52,403 nucleotides of DNA from assembly GCA_049472355.1 (NCBI GenBank), contig JBLIRP010000016.1, forward strand, positions 1-52,403, read 5' to 3'. This document shows positions 9,607-19,389 of this stretch, in pieces. Made by a program: the position numbers and the translations under genes. Every line of letters begins with the position of its first letter. Within the stretch, counting starts at the first letter, position 1. This DNA comes from a bacterium (GTDB lineage: Bacteria > SZUA-182 > DTGQ01 > JAFGSM01). The notes under the pieces were generated by a model that was given only the letters and a program-made list of their open reading frames with translations, was not told the origin of the DNA and made no database searches.

Positions 9607-10494
9607 CTATTCTTCCTTCACCTGGGGGCTGGTGAGATATTGAAAAAGATCCGTGTCCGTGGAAAGGACAAGGGTGCTGTTTTCCTTGAGGATTTCCTTA
9701 TAAAGCTCCAGGGACTTGGAAAATGTGAAGAAGTCACGATTCTGGCTGTATGCCTCACCGTAAATGCGTATGGACTCCCGGTCACCCTCTCCTTTGATCT
9801 GTTCGGCTTCCTGATAGGCCTTCGCCATGATCTCCGAAACCTCTTTGTCCGTTTGTGCCTCGATCCCGGCTGCCTCCTCGGTGCCTTCGGCCCGGTATTT
9901 CTTGGCCTCCTTCTCCCGCTCGGATTGCATCCGGTTAAATACAGCCCTGGCCACAATGGAGGGGTAATTCAATCGTCGAATCCCCAGTTGAAGGACCTCG
10001 AGGCCGTATTTTCCCCGGGCGTTTTGATTGGAGTTCCGGAGTATCCGATCCTCGATTTCGGCCAACTTGACGTGTTCCGGGTCGGTGTTGATCATTTGAT
10101 CCAGACGATAATCTCCCAGGACGCTCCCTAGTTGCGAATTGATCATGTCCCCCAATTTCTGCTGGGCCGTATCAAAAAAACCCACGGATTGAAAAAAGAG
10201 TGACGGATCGGATACCCGCCAGCAGACATAACAGGTCAGGATAATGGGGTTTTGGTCGCCCAGGAGCAGTTGGATGGGTTGGGTGACAAACACCTGTGTC
10301 CTTCGATCGATTCGATTCACGGTTTCAAAGAATCCGGGGATTTTCCATTTCAACCCGGATTGATCCATTATCCGCACCGGTTTCCCGAAGCGGGTGACCA
10401 AGACATATTCCTTCTCACTGACCGTGAAGGTGCACAAGAAAAGGACAATGACGAGAAACGATACGATCGACACAATGATGAGCGTTTTTCTCAT
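9607..10494 (-). CDS. hflC: HflC SPFH protein
   Basis: LVTRFGKP..GLKWKIP; VFNRMQSEREKEAKKYRAEG; AEQIKGEGD..IYGEAY..FFTFSKSLELY, all typical of HflC. Confidence 0.88.
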   Translation of the reverse strand: MRKTLIIVSIVSFLVIVLFLCTFTVSEKEYVLVTRFGKPVRIMDQSGLKWKIPGFFETVNRIDRRTQVFVTQPIQLLLGDQNPIILTCYVCWRVSDPSLFFQSVGFFDTAQQKLGDMINSQLGSVLGDYRLDQMINTDPEHVKLAEIEDRILRNSNQNARGKYGLEVLQLGIRRLNYPSIVARAVFNRMQSEREKEAKKYRAEGTEEAAGIEAQTDKEVSEIMAKAYQEAEQIKGEGDRESIRIYGEAYSQNRDFFTFSKSLELYKEILKENSTLVLSTDTDLFQYLTSPQVKEE

Positions 10495-10498
10495 AATG

Positions 10499-12193
10499 TT
10501 ATTTCCCTTCGTCCTCCTGAATCAGCCCGGAAATGCCTGGAATATCCGTAAAACCCATCCACATCCGGGGATTACCTGCCGTGGGATCGACAATGATCAG
10601 CCTCTTTGTCTTCAATGCCTGCTGCATCTCTTTTAAATAGAGATTGCTCCGATTGATTTCACGATGGCCTTCCCAGGTTTTCAGCCGTGACAAGAACCGG
10701 GAGGCATCCCCGACGGCCTGCAATTCCTTTCTGCTGCTGTACGCCTCGGCATTTGACATCCGGCGCGCAGCCCCGCCCCGTGCTTCAGGAAGCTTCTGAT
10801 TCCGGTATCCGTATGCCTGATTGATGATCTGCTGTTTCTCCTGGTAGGCTGCAATCACCTCTTCAAACGCATCCGCCACGGATATGGGAGGATGGGTGTC
10901 TTTCATGTTGACGCTCAACAATTCGATCCCCATGTCCATGTCATCCATTCTTTTTTGGACATCTTCCCGGATTGTGGTGACCAATCCACTTCGTAACCGT
11001 GTCGCGATGTCATAAAAGGTATTTGTGGCAAAGAGCCGGGTCATCACCTGATGGGTGATATGGTCTAAAACCGCCTCGGGATCCTTGTTCAGAAAGATGT
11101 AATCAGAAAGGTCCTTGATCCGATAGTGCAGGATCAGATAGGGGTGAAAATAGTTGTTATCCCCTGACAGAAACGGCTCCCCGGTACCGTGTTCCTGGGT
11201 CCAGAGCAATGCGAAAGACTGCCCGCTGGTGATATTTCCGATGGGGATTCGACGGATCTCTTTTGTCCTTTCCGTGACGATCTTCTCCACAGGCCAGGGA
11301 TATTTGAGGTGAAGACCGGGCTTCAAAGACACCCCCTGATCCACGGCCTTGCCGAAGACCACTCGAATACCTTCCTCCATGGGTCCGATGGTGACTATGC
11401 AGGTGCTGCAATACCAGAGCAACGGAATAATGAACAGCAGCCAATAATATCTTGTAATTGCCTGCTTTATCCGGGGATTCCGACCCAGTGGTCTGCCCAG
11501 AAAGCGGTCCGCGCCATGTATGACCTTGTGAATGGATTCGGGATTCATGATCCGGGCGATCCATTGAAAAAAATGATATTGGCCCAATAATCGGGGATCC
11601 TTACGGATTTGCGGATTCAGGAACTGGATCACGCTCTCTATGGCAAAGGATAGAATAAACAGGGTGATAAGGGCGGCGATCTGCCTGTCGATGTTGATTC
11701 CCAACCGATACATGATCAATGAAATACCGGTCAGAAAGGCGGCTGCCATATCCGCTTTGGAGTGCAGCCCGTCAGAGATCAGGGCCGCTGACTTCTCTTC
11801 CTTGCCCACTGAGGTCTCAAATGCGTATACGAAATATGAACCAACGGAGAAAAACAGGAAGAAGACACCGGAGAGAACGGTGCCCTTGAGCAGGACGCCA
11901 GAGGAGGCAATCACTTTATAGAATAGGGATACGGCAACGATGAATAACAGGATGCCGATACCGAGGGATATGATGTGCTCGATGGTGGGTTTCGAAGAAC
12001 CTGTGTCTTCCTGTTTTTGGAATCGAACGGCCAGGTACACCAGGACCGACGTACCGATGTCGCTGAAACTGTGCCATGCCTCGGCGAGAATCGCCATACT
12101 GCCGGTGAGAAAAAAGAGCAGGAATTTGGCGGCCGTCAGTCCGAGATTCAATCCAGTGGAGATGAGGGCGGTTTTTTCCTTTGTATTCATCAT
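10499..12193 (-). CDS. Cation diffusion facilitator TM domain fused to an HflK-like SPFH domain
   Basis: N-half has GSMAILAEAWHSFSD and SAALISDGLHSKAD (CDF metal site); C-half has PGLHLKYPWPVE, LSGDNN, HPPISVADAFEEVIAA, PEARG. Start ATG 12193 after GGGGAT. Confidence 0.85.
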   Translation of the reverse strand: MMNTKEKTALISTGLNLGLTAAKFLLFFLTGSMAILAEAWHSFSDIGTSVLVYLAVRFQKQEDTGSSKPTIEHIISLGIGILLFIVAVSLFYKVIASSGVLLKGTVLSGVFFLFFSVGSYFVYAFETSVGKEEKSAALISDGLHSKADMAAAFLTGISLIMYRLGINIDRQIAALITLFILSFAIESVIQFLNPQIRKDPRLLGQYHFFQWIARIMNPESIHKVIHGADRFLGRPLGRNPRIKQAITRYYWLLFIIPLLWYCSTCIVTIGPMEEGIRVVFGKAVDQGVSLKPGLHLKYPWPVEKIVTERTKEIRRIPIGNITSGQSFALLWTQEHGTGEPFLSGDNNYFHPYLILHYRIKDLSDYIFLNKDPEAVLDHITHQVMTRLFATNTFYDIATRLRSGLVTTIREDVQKRMDDMDMGIELLSVNMKDTHPPISVADAFEEVIAAYQEKQQIINQAYGYRNQKLPEARGGAARRMSNAEAYSSRKELQAVGDASRFLSRLKTWEGHREINRSNLYLKEMQQALKTKRLIIVDPTAGNPRMWMGFTDIPGISGLIQEDEGK

Positions 12194-12242
12194 ATCCCCG
12201 GTCGTTATGGCGCCCTGATAGTAAAAATATTCCATCAATTAT

Positions 12243-12375
12243 GATGGCCTCGTGAAAAGTCGTAAAACCTGTCACTCCGGCGAAGGCCGGAATCCGGAAG
12301 TATTTGAAAACACCGGATTCCGTGTCAAGCACCGAATGATAGAATAGGGCAAAATCGACCTTTTGCGATTCCATC
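12243..12375 (+). mobile_element. ~133-bp MITE family B, copy 1
   Basis: Imperfect TIRs GATGGCCTCGTGAAAAGTC ... GACCTTTTGCGATTCCATC; internal REP-like palindromes; flanks aattat/gattat; homologous to 26975-27107 and 43051-43182. Confidence 0.85.
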
Positions 12376-12640
12376 GATTATACTAACATATATAATTTGT
12401 CTTTAACAACCAATCCATCCATAGACCCGTCAAGGGATCAAAGGCTTAATAGGGTGTATCCATAGCGGGGCATTGCATGGGCCGGCCGGCCTTTCAGGGT
12501 ATTTTCCCGTTCTATCGATCCTCATTGTCCTGCACACTATCCCCCTTTGCGCCTTTCGATCAATTTTTGTGGAATAGTTGTCGTGACGGAAATTGAAAAT
12601 TCTGTCTAGGTCCTTGTCCTGAAAGGTGATTTCCAAGTGG

Positions 12641-12687
12641 AAAAACAAGGGGCCATCCATGATGCTTTGAAAACGGATGGCCCTTTT
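12641..12687. terminator. Probable bidirectional intrinsic terminator
   Basis: GGGCCATCC...GGATGGCCC stem flanked by A and T tracts, just downstream of the 12732 gene. Confidence 0.6.
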
Positions 12688-12731
12688 CAATCACAATACA
12701 AATTAGGATTAGCCTATGTTCTCATGCATCC

Positions 12732-13295
12732 CTAAAACAGGGGTAATCCTGAAGGGGGAAATCCCCAGATTTGAGCAGCAGTCAAAAGGCTCGCAATATC
12801 CACACCATAGTGATTAGCAAAGAAGAAATTGCCAAAAAGCATATAGGGTGCAAAGTCATCGATCCCTGTTGGAGGTAACAGATCAAAATCCACAGGAAGC
12901 CCGATTGGAAGGGGCGCACCTGCAGTATCCAGAAGATAAGGCGGCGGAAAGGGATTGAGGCCATAAAAGGCGTCAAAATAGGCAAGACCCCCACCAAATG
13001 CGCTAGGTATATTGTACATAAGCCATGGGTACATCTGAGCAGGGTCCCATACCAGGGCGGGCTGCACCGGAAGAATGGTGGTATTGTCCAGCGAGCTGAC
13101 CAGCGGGACAGGTACCGGCATACCCGTCGCAGCCACAGGGGAGAGTGCCGGGGACCAGAGTGGCCAAAGCAGATTGTATGGCGGCAGCGCTTCCCAATAT
13201 TGGGCCTGAGATACAGGGATGCGTATCATACCGATCGATGCCACAACAACCAGTATCGCTATTCCCCATTTTACTACGGTTAGTCTTTTCAACAT
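12732..13295 (-). CDS. Secreted Pro/Leu/aromatic-rich hypothetical protein
   Basis: ATG 13295 with GGGAG RBS; signal peptide ending VSQA; mature QYWEALPPYNLLWPLWSPALSP...; own promoter motif and terminator. Confidence 0.8.
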   Translation of the reverse strand: MLKRLTVVKWGIAILVVVASIGMIRIPVSQAQYWEALPPYNLLWPLWSPALSPVAATGMPVPVPLVSSLDNTTILPVQPALVWDPAQMYPWLMYNIPSAFGGGLAYFDAFYGLNPFPPPYLLDTAGAPLPIGLPVDFDLLPPTGIDDFAPYMLFGNFFFANHYGVDIASLLTAAQIWGFPPSGLPLF

Positions 13296-13462
13296 TTCTT
13301 TTGCTCCCTGTTTGAACACCATAACCTAAAGAACGAACATGAGAATTTCCAGTCGCTTTATTCCTCCTTTCTTTTCATACATGCTATCGATCGGTCAGAA
13401 AACTGATCTGAAAAACTCTGATGGATTCCGCTCACTGGGCACAATTGGGTATCATCATACAG

Positions 13463-13478
13463 AGCAAGGGATATGCCA
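13463..13478 (-). promoter_or_regulatory. Sigma-54 (-24/-12) promoter motif
   Basis: Minus strand TGGCATATCCCTTGCT matches TGGCAY-N5-TTGCW, ~170 bp upstream of the 13295 start. Confidence 0.7.
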
Positions 13479-14029
13479 GGGGGGTTGCGTCTCAGGGACG
13501 GGAAGGTACTCATGGGTGTAAGGCCTTCCAATGAGTATGAAACGCCCCTTTCTTTATGTATATTTCTTATGTTGTGTTGTCTATGATCTTCGTATATTTA
13601 TTATGTATTCTTAGATAGTATTGAAGACCCAATCCATCGTCCCTATCCGGACCAGAAAGGTGGGATTCCCATCCCGGCTTTAACATCAATGAAGACTGGG
13701 CATCAGTCGGTGTTGAAATGGGACATAACAGGGCAAGTGTTGCAACGATTCAAGTAACATGTCGCTTCAATTTTTGTGTTGAAAAATATGGGATTCCTTG
13801 GATAGTCTCTTTGTTTGTCAAAATCAAGGCGTAAAGAAATCCGTGAAAGTTCGCCTTAGGCAAAATCGTTATTTTGCCCAATTTCAATCAAACGACAAAG
13901 GAGAATAGGTGGTGGTTTTTATACAGTTTTTGACGAAGAGGTCAATTCACTTAGGTTTACAATACACTGAAACAAAACAGGTTGTTGAACATCGCGGGAT
14001 GTTTTGCTCATTCAAAGGGGTTAAAGGAT

Positions 14030-14854
14030 ATGCATAAAAGAAGTATGGTGAACACGCTATTGATCGTATTTACAATTTTTGTCGGTATCTTGCTGGTGTC
14101 ATCCAGTCTATGTTTCGCGCAAACCACGGCGGACCCGAATACCGCTTACTATTATCCCATGATGTACGGCATGTACGGCTCGCCGGGCATGTATACGGGT
14201 GCCGGTTATGGAATGTACGGTGGTCCAGGCTACGGCATGAATGGCGGCTACGGCATGGGCGGTTACAGCGGCTACGGCATGAATGGCGGCTACGGCATGG
14301 GCGGTTACAGCGGCTACGGCATGAACGGCGGCTACGGCATGGGCGGTTACAGTGGCTACGGCATGAACGGCGGGTACGGCATGGGCGGTTACAGCGGATA
14401 CGGCATGAATGGCGGGTATGGTATGTACAGCGGCTATGGCGGCTATGGCATGAACGGCGGGTACGGTATGGGCGGCTACGGCATGGGCGGCGGCTACGGT
14501 ATGGGCGGCTATGGCATGTATAGTGGTGCTGCTGGTATGTTCGGGGCGCCGGCCGGAGGCATGGGAATGTATGGTGCCCCTGCCATAGGTATGAATGGTG
14601 GCTTAGGCCTCGGCGGCCTCGCAATGGGCGGCCTTGGCGCCCCCGGCGGTTTCGCAATGGGCGGTCTTGGTGCCCCCGGCATGGCCCTCGGCGGTTTCGG
14701 CATGGGCGGCTTAGGTGCTCCCGGCGGTTTCGCAATGGGCGGTCTTGGCGCCCCCGGCATGGCCCTCGGCGGCCTTGGCATGGGCGGTCTTGGCGGCCTA
14801 GGCCCGGCCCTCGGCGGTTTCGGAATGGGTGGCCTTGGCGGCTTCATGATGTAA
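14030..14854 (+). CDS. Secreted Gly/Tyr/Met-rich repeat protein
   Basis: AAGGA RBS; signal peptide ending SLCFA; 14-aa repeat GYGMNGGYGMGGYS x4, then 26-aa GGLGAPGGFAMGGLGAPGMALGGxGM x2; synonymous third-position variation between repeats; strong terminator. Confidence 0.85.
   Translation: MHKRSMVNTLLIVFTIFVGILLVSSSLCFAQTTADPNTAYYYPMMYGMYGSPGMYTGAGYGMYGGPGYGMNGGYGMGGYSGYGMNGGYGMGGYSGYGMNGGYGMGGYSGYGMNGGYGMGGYSGYGMNGGYGMYSGYGGYGMNGGYGMGGYGMGGGYGMGGYGMYSGAAGMFGAPAGGMGMYGAPAIGMNGGLGLGGLAMGGLGAPGGFAMGGLGAPGMALGGFGMGGLGAPGGFAMGGLGAPGMALGGLGMGGLGGLGPALGGFGMGGLGGFMM
14228..14395 (+). repeat. 42-bp coding tandem repeat, 4 full copies followed by degenerate copies
   Basis: Unit ggctacggcatgaatggcggctacggcatgggcggttacagc; variation is confined to wobble positions. 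Confidence 0.9.
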
Positions 14855-14876
14855 GATTTACGAAAAGGTCAGTACC

Positions 14877-14908
14877 AAGCCCGCACCTGTTGATGCGGGC
14901 TTTTTTTT
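14877..14908 (+). terminator. Intrinsic terminator
   Basis: AAGCCCGCA-cctgttga-TGCGGGCTTTTTTTT. Confidence 0.9.
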
Positions 14909-15667
14909 GCATCCTGGTCGATGAATGTGAAATCGGTGCCGGTGATTCATAACCCGACACTCCCTCACGCCCAGGATTGACTCCTGCCAAAGAATTTCCC
15001 GTCAGAATTATGGCCGGCATGTGAGCGTCAATAAATGGGTAACGTTGGTTACCCGTATTGCGGATTTTGCATCAAACATGTTTCATTCCACCATGCGCAA
15101 TGGAAAAGGGAATGGGCGGATATCCTTGTCGGTCTTTTCAAAAAAAACCAGTTTGTCATTGAATTACTGATCAGGTTGGCATTTGTTGCAGGGCGATCTT
15201 TTTTCCAAAAAATCGGAGAAAAGGCACAGGGTCGGCTGGCAACGGGCTATACCGGATACATGGGCGTAACAAAAATTGACGTCATGAAGACGAGTAATAG
15301 ATTGAGTGAGTCAAAACGTCAATATGGTAACCATCAGGTACGTCGGTCTTTGAAAAAAAACCGTTGAGAGGCAGCGGGAAGATGCTCCCGTTCGTCCCGG
15401 GATCTTGAAGGCAGGCTGATCATTGGAATCGACCAGCGCGGAAATTGATTGCTTCGGAAGATTGTATGGAACATGATATAGAACAGATAAGGCCAAGGAA
15501 AAAGATTCGAACGAAGGGAAATACGGTTCGCATACCAGGAGGCTGTTCAAGGGATTTGCAGGTCCTGGAGCTTGCCCTTAAAAAATTACAGGATATTTAT
15601 GGAGACAAGACAAGTGCCAAGCGTTCCAGGCGAAATCAAATCAATTGATCAGACTAACAATTATTTT

Positions 15668-16708
15668 CTAAAAGGTATGAATGGCGGTCGATTTGAATGA
15701 TGCCCAGATCGAGGTGCCTTCCGAGAGGCCCAGTTCCATGAGGGCGCCCTTGGTGATCAGTCCCTTTAATATTGTTCCGCCGACCATCACCCAGACCTCA
15801 TAATAGACGCCATGGTTCAAGATCCTCTGGACCTTGCCCTGAAAGGCATTTCTGATGCTGGAGGAGAGCCGCTCTTTGCTCAGAACGATGTCCTCGGGTC
15901 GTATGGCAATGAACCCGTGCGATTCGGGTACATGCCGCTCCAGCTTCACCTCCAATCCCTGATCGATAATTCCCCGGTCATTGTCGAAGGTGACGGGGAA
16001 GAGGTTCTTGAAACCCACAAATTCAGCCACAAATGAGGTGCGGGGCATCTTGAACACCTCTTCAGTGCCGCCCGTTTGCTCGATCCTCCCCTGATTCATC
16101 ACGGCGACCCTGTCAGCCAGGGCCAGGACCTCCGGGAAGTCATGGGTGACCATCAGATAGGTCAAGGAGGTTTCCCGGTGCAGCCGCTTTAGTTCAAAAC
16201 GCAACTGCTCCCTGAAATTCGGGTCCAGGGAGCTTAACGGCTCATCCAGAAGCAGGATATCAGGCTTGACCATCAGTGCCCGCGCCAGGGCCACCCGTTG
16301 CTGTTCACCGCCGCTCAAATGGGTGGGAAGTCGATTCACCAGGTGCCGTATGTCGAAACACTCCAGAAGATATTCCAGCCATTCCGCTGCCTCCCATTTT
16401 TCAAGGGGGTGATACCGGAGTCCGTATTTGATGTTCTTCATCACGGTCAGATGCGGGAAAAGGGCATAATCCTGATACACGATCCCTACATGCCTCTTTT
16501 CCGGGGGGAGTCCGGTGACGTCCCTGTTGTTGATCAGTATCCTTCCGCGCGTTGAGAGGATCAATCCGGTGATGCATTCCAGAAGAACGGTTTTCCCGGC
16601 GCCGGTGGGGCCGATGAGGCAGAAAAACTCCCCCCTGTGGATGGAAAGACCGATCCCTTTCAGGGAAAAGTCTTGAAAGGTGACGTCCAGGTCCTCGATA
16701 ATGATCAT
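15668..16708 (-). CDS. wtpC: Tungstate/molybdate ABC transporter ATPase with C-terminal TOBE domain
   Basis: GPTGAGKT Walker A, LSGGEQQRVALARAL, LLLDEP; C-terminal SSIRNAFQG...FKSTAIH. Confidence 0.9.
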   Translation of the reverse strand: MIIIEDLDVTFQDFSLKGIGLSIHRGEFFCLIGPTGAGKTVLLECITGLILSTRGRILINNRDVTGLPPEKRHVGIVYQDYALFPHLTVMKNIKYGLRYHPLEKWEAAEWLEYLLECFDIRHLVNRLPTHLSGGEQQRVALARALMVKPDILLLDEPLSSLDPNFREQLRFELKRLHRETSLTYLMVTHDFPEVLALADRVAVMNQGRIEQTGGTEEVFKMPRTSFVAEFVGFKNLFPVTFDNDRGIIDQGLEVKLERHVPESHGFIAIRPEDIVLSKERLSSSIRNAFQGKVQRILNHGVYYEVWVMVGGTILKGLITKGALMELGLSEGTSIWASFKSTAIHTF

Positions 16709-17490
16709 TCCCCTGTCTCCCTGGGCATGGAGAGCATCCGGAGTGCCAGGAACAGGATGAGGCAGAAAAGGATCAGCCAGACCGCGATGGGCTGGGAGTA
16801 TTTCAGGCCGTAGCTCTCAAATCGCTCATAGATCAATACGGGTGCGATCATCGGGTGATAGGCCACAATGACCACCGCGCCGAATTCGCTTATGGCGCGG
16901 GCAACACACATGATGATGCCCACCAGCACACTTCGGGCCGCCAGGGGAAAGGTGATGGTGAAGAAGGTCTCGGGGAGCGTTGCCCCCAGGCTCCGTGAAA
17001 CCGCCTCCAAACGCGGCGAGATGGCGTCAAACCCCGTCTTGACGGTGTCGATGTAAAAGGGGATGCCGACAAAGACAAGCACGGTGACAATACCCGGGAT
17101 GCTCCCCATGATCCTGATCCCCAAGCGGTAGAGGATTCCCCCCAGCCAGTGATCCCTGGCGGTGACCCCCAGGATCGCAATGCCCACCACTGGATGAGGG
17201 ATCACAATGGGCAGGTCGATAATGCTTTCAAGGAGCCGCTTCCCGACAAACTCCTTTCTGGAAAGCAGGTAGGCGAAGGGGGTGCCGAAGCAGAACGCGA
17301 TGAGTGCGGCAAGCCCGGATGCGTATATGCTCAGCCAGATGGCCTTGACAACGGTCCGGTCCTGAATGGTTTGCCCCAGGGTATGGAGACTGGGTGCAAC
17401 GAGCATGTTGAGCAAGGGAACCAGGATGAACGCGGAGATCGCAAATCCGCATCCCAGGGCCAGCCACAAGAAATACTCCCTGTGCTTCAT
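16705..17490 (-). CDS. wtpB: Tungstate/molybdate ABC transporter permease
   Basis: [25 protein letters not shown] (EAA loop), [13 protein letters not shown]-coupled to both neighbours. Confidence 0.9.
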   Translation of the reverse strand: MKHREYFLWLALGCGFAISAFILVPLLNMLVAPSLHTLGQTIQDRTVVKAIWLSIYASGLAALIAFCFGTPFAYLLSRKEFVGKRLLESIIDLPIVIPHPVVGIAILGVTARDHWLGGILYRLGIRIMGSIPGIVTVLVFVGIPFYIDTVKTGFDAISPRLEAVSRSLGATLPETFFTITFPLAARSVLVGIIMCVARAISEFGAVVIVAYHPMIAPVLIYERFESYGLKYSQPIAVWLILFCLILFLALRMLSMPRETGE

Positions 17491-18488
17491 TCACCTTTTA
17501 TGCGGACAAGCTTCTGCAACGAGGAGGGCAATGCCTCGTACATGGCCTTGTCCGGCACAACCGAGGGAATATACGGCGGCTGCCCCATCTCTTCCAGGAC
17601 CTTCAACCCGCCGTCCGGACTCAGCAGATATGCCAGGAAGGCAATGGCCGCCTCGGGATTGGGTGCATCCTTAATGAGGCACACGCCATAGGTGATGGAC
17701 TGTCCTATCATCTCGATGGTGGTGCCGGGGTCCTTCCCTGTGACGCTGACACTCGCCTGGCTGTAGAAATCATCATATTCGGGATCGCTTAGATTGATCC
17801 GTACCGGCAGTTCCACAAACTTGAGGCCGTGCTGTACGGCAACCGAACGATACTCCCATGCATAGTCCATATGGCCGGTTTGCAGAAGGGCGACCAGCTC
17901 CACGGATTTCGGGCGGATATTCTCCTTGGGTCGATTTGCCAGGAGTTTTTCATATAAACCGGGTTGATCATAGTGTTTTTCCGCAAGCTGAAGCACCAGA
18001 AGGGCCCGATACCCGCACGGATCCAGATCCGGGTCGGAATGGCCCCATATGACCCCCTCGGTGGCAAGGACGTCGAACCAGTTCGTCTTGTTCACCGTAT
18101 CGGCCATCCTGCTTTTGTCCGTATAGCACAGCACCATCTGATTGCTGGCAAAACGGATATTCATTCCGGTGTATTCCGGTATCAGGAGCTTGTCGATGAC
18201 CCTGAAATCGGCGGAGGCCATTATGTCGCAGGGTTTCTTGAGATCGGTTATCTTGCGGGCGCATTTCTGGCTTCCCGCGGATTCCCGGAGTACATCCACC
18301 TTGGGATATTTCGCCTCGAACTCCTTTTCGATCCGCTCCAAAGGAACGGACAGGCTTCCGGCATGAAAGATGGTCAGTTTTCCGCCGGGCTCTGCCATTG
18401 CCTGATACATGAAAAAGGCAACGGCCAAAAACACGATGGAACATACAACGAGAATCAAAACCCCCCTTTTGCCCTTCCGGCGATTCAT
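17487..18488 (-). CDS. wtpA: Tungstate/molybdate ABC substrate-binding protein, WtpA type
   Basis: [41 protein letters not shown] 18488 with AGGAGA RBS. Confidence 0.9.
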   Translation of the reverse strand: MNRRKGKRGVLILVVCSIVFLAVAFFMYQAMAEPGGKLTIFHAGSLSVPLERIEKEFEAKYPKVDVLRESAGSQKCARKITDLKKPCDIMASADFRVIDKLLIPEYTGMNIRFASNQMVLCYTDKSRMADTVNKTNWFDVLATEGVIWGHSDPDLDPCGYRALLVLQLAEKHYDQPGLYEKLLANRPKENIRPKSVELVALLQTGHMDYAWEYRSVAVQHGLKFVELPVRINLSDPEYDDFYSQASVSVTGKDPGTTIEMIGQSITYGVCLIKDAPNPEAAIAFLAYLLSPDGGLKVLEEMGQPPYIPSVVPDKAMYEALPSSLQKLVRIKGE

Positions 18489-18762
18489 GAAGATTCTCCT
18501 TTCCCTGTTTGATGTTGGCTTTCCAGGCCCTCCTAAATTTCCGCATGATATCACCTGCAGGGAATGATGTCAAAATGTTCGGTTATTATTAGTTAGTTCT
18601 GGTTGTCCATGTATATTTTAAGCCATTATAAAACCGTTGGGTTGCATTGATCGCCATAATAATACCCATGGCCTTTCCGATCACAGCGAGGAAAGAAAAT
18701 CCAACCCTTTGCACGTGCCCGGTATCTCTTTCCAAGATACATCACACAAGATACATCACCTC

Positions 18763-18812
18763 TTGAAAAAATCATTCATTCGTACTATATTTGTTTGAGA
18801 ATCATTCCTATT
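18763..18812 (+). promoter_or_regulatory. Sigma-70 promoter with adjacent Fur/PerR-like operator
   Basis: TTGAAA-N17-TATATT (18763-18791), followed by AT-rich imperfect dyad TTTGAGAATCATTCCTATT (18794-18812) upstream of the Fur-family gene. Confidence 0.55.
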
Positions 18813-18836
18813 AAATGGCCGCTTTCAGGGGGTGCC

Positions 18837-19232
18837 TTGAACAAGCCTGAGAAAATCCGTTTCACCAATCAACGAGCGGTCATATTGGAGGAGCTTCGAA
18901 AGGTGACCGTGCACCCCACCGCGTATGAAGTCTACCACATGGTCCGAAAAAGGCTGCCGCATATCGCGCTGGGCACGGTGTACAGAAACCTGGATTTTCT
19001 GGCCAGATCCGGGCTCATCAGGCAAGTGGAGGTCAAAGGGGGGCAGAAACGTTTCGATGGGAATCCCTTCCCCCACTATCATATCCGTTGCATCCGATGC
19101 GGGCGGGTGGATGATCTGCATATCCCCACCAAAACCGGTCTGGAAGAGGCGGCCGCAGGCGAATGCGACTACAAAATACTCGGGCACTATGTGGAATTCA
19201 GCGGCATTTGTCCGCAATGCAGGGATGGATAA
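18837..19232 (+). CDS. Fur-family transcriptional regulator (PerR-like)
   Basis: TNQRAVIL..HPTAYEVY..LGTVYRNL..HYHIRCIRC..GICPQC; probable TTG start at 18837 after GGGGG. Confidence 0.9.
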   Translation: MNKPEKIRFTNQRAVILEELRKVTVHPTAYEVYHMVRKRLPHIALGTVYRNLDFLARSGLIRQVEVKGGQKRFDGNPFPHYHIRCIRCGRVDDLHIPTKTGLEEAAAGECDYKILGHYVEFSGICPQCRDG

Positions 19233-19389
19233 ATGCAAATGCACAGGATCAGTAAGGGCGACTCTTTTCTCCAGTTTGCGGGCAACCCGCTGCGGCTTCC
19301 TGAAAGCGCTGCATCCCTTTGAAAATAGACATGGAGAATCAAACCCCTGGCAATGTATACATGAACCCAGATGTGAAAGGAGACCCCGA

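Noticed and set aside
14228..14500. Possible CRISPR array
   Set aside because: Repeats are contiguous, in-frame and lack unique spacers; no cas genes.
15035..15648. Two short + strand ORFs (110 aa, 67 aa)
   Set aside because: No recognisable motifs or convincing RBS; may be decayed DNA but cannot be supported.
18925..19389. 378-aa ORF implying an N-terminal extension of the NIR/SIR protein
   Set aside because: The extension overlaps the Fur-family gene out of frame; a good RBS and ATG lie at 19390.
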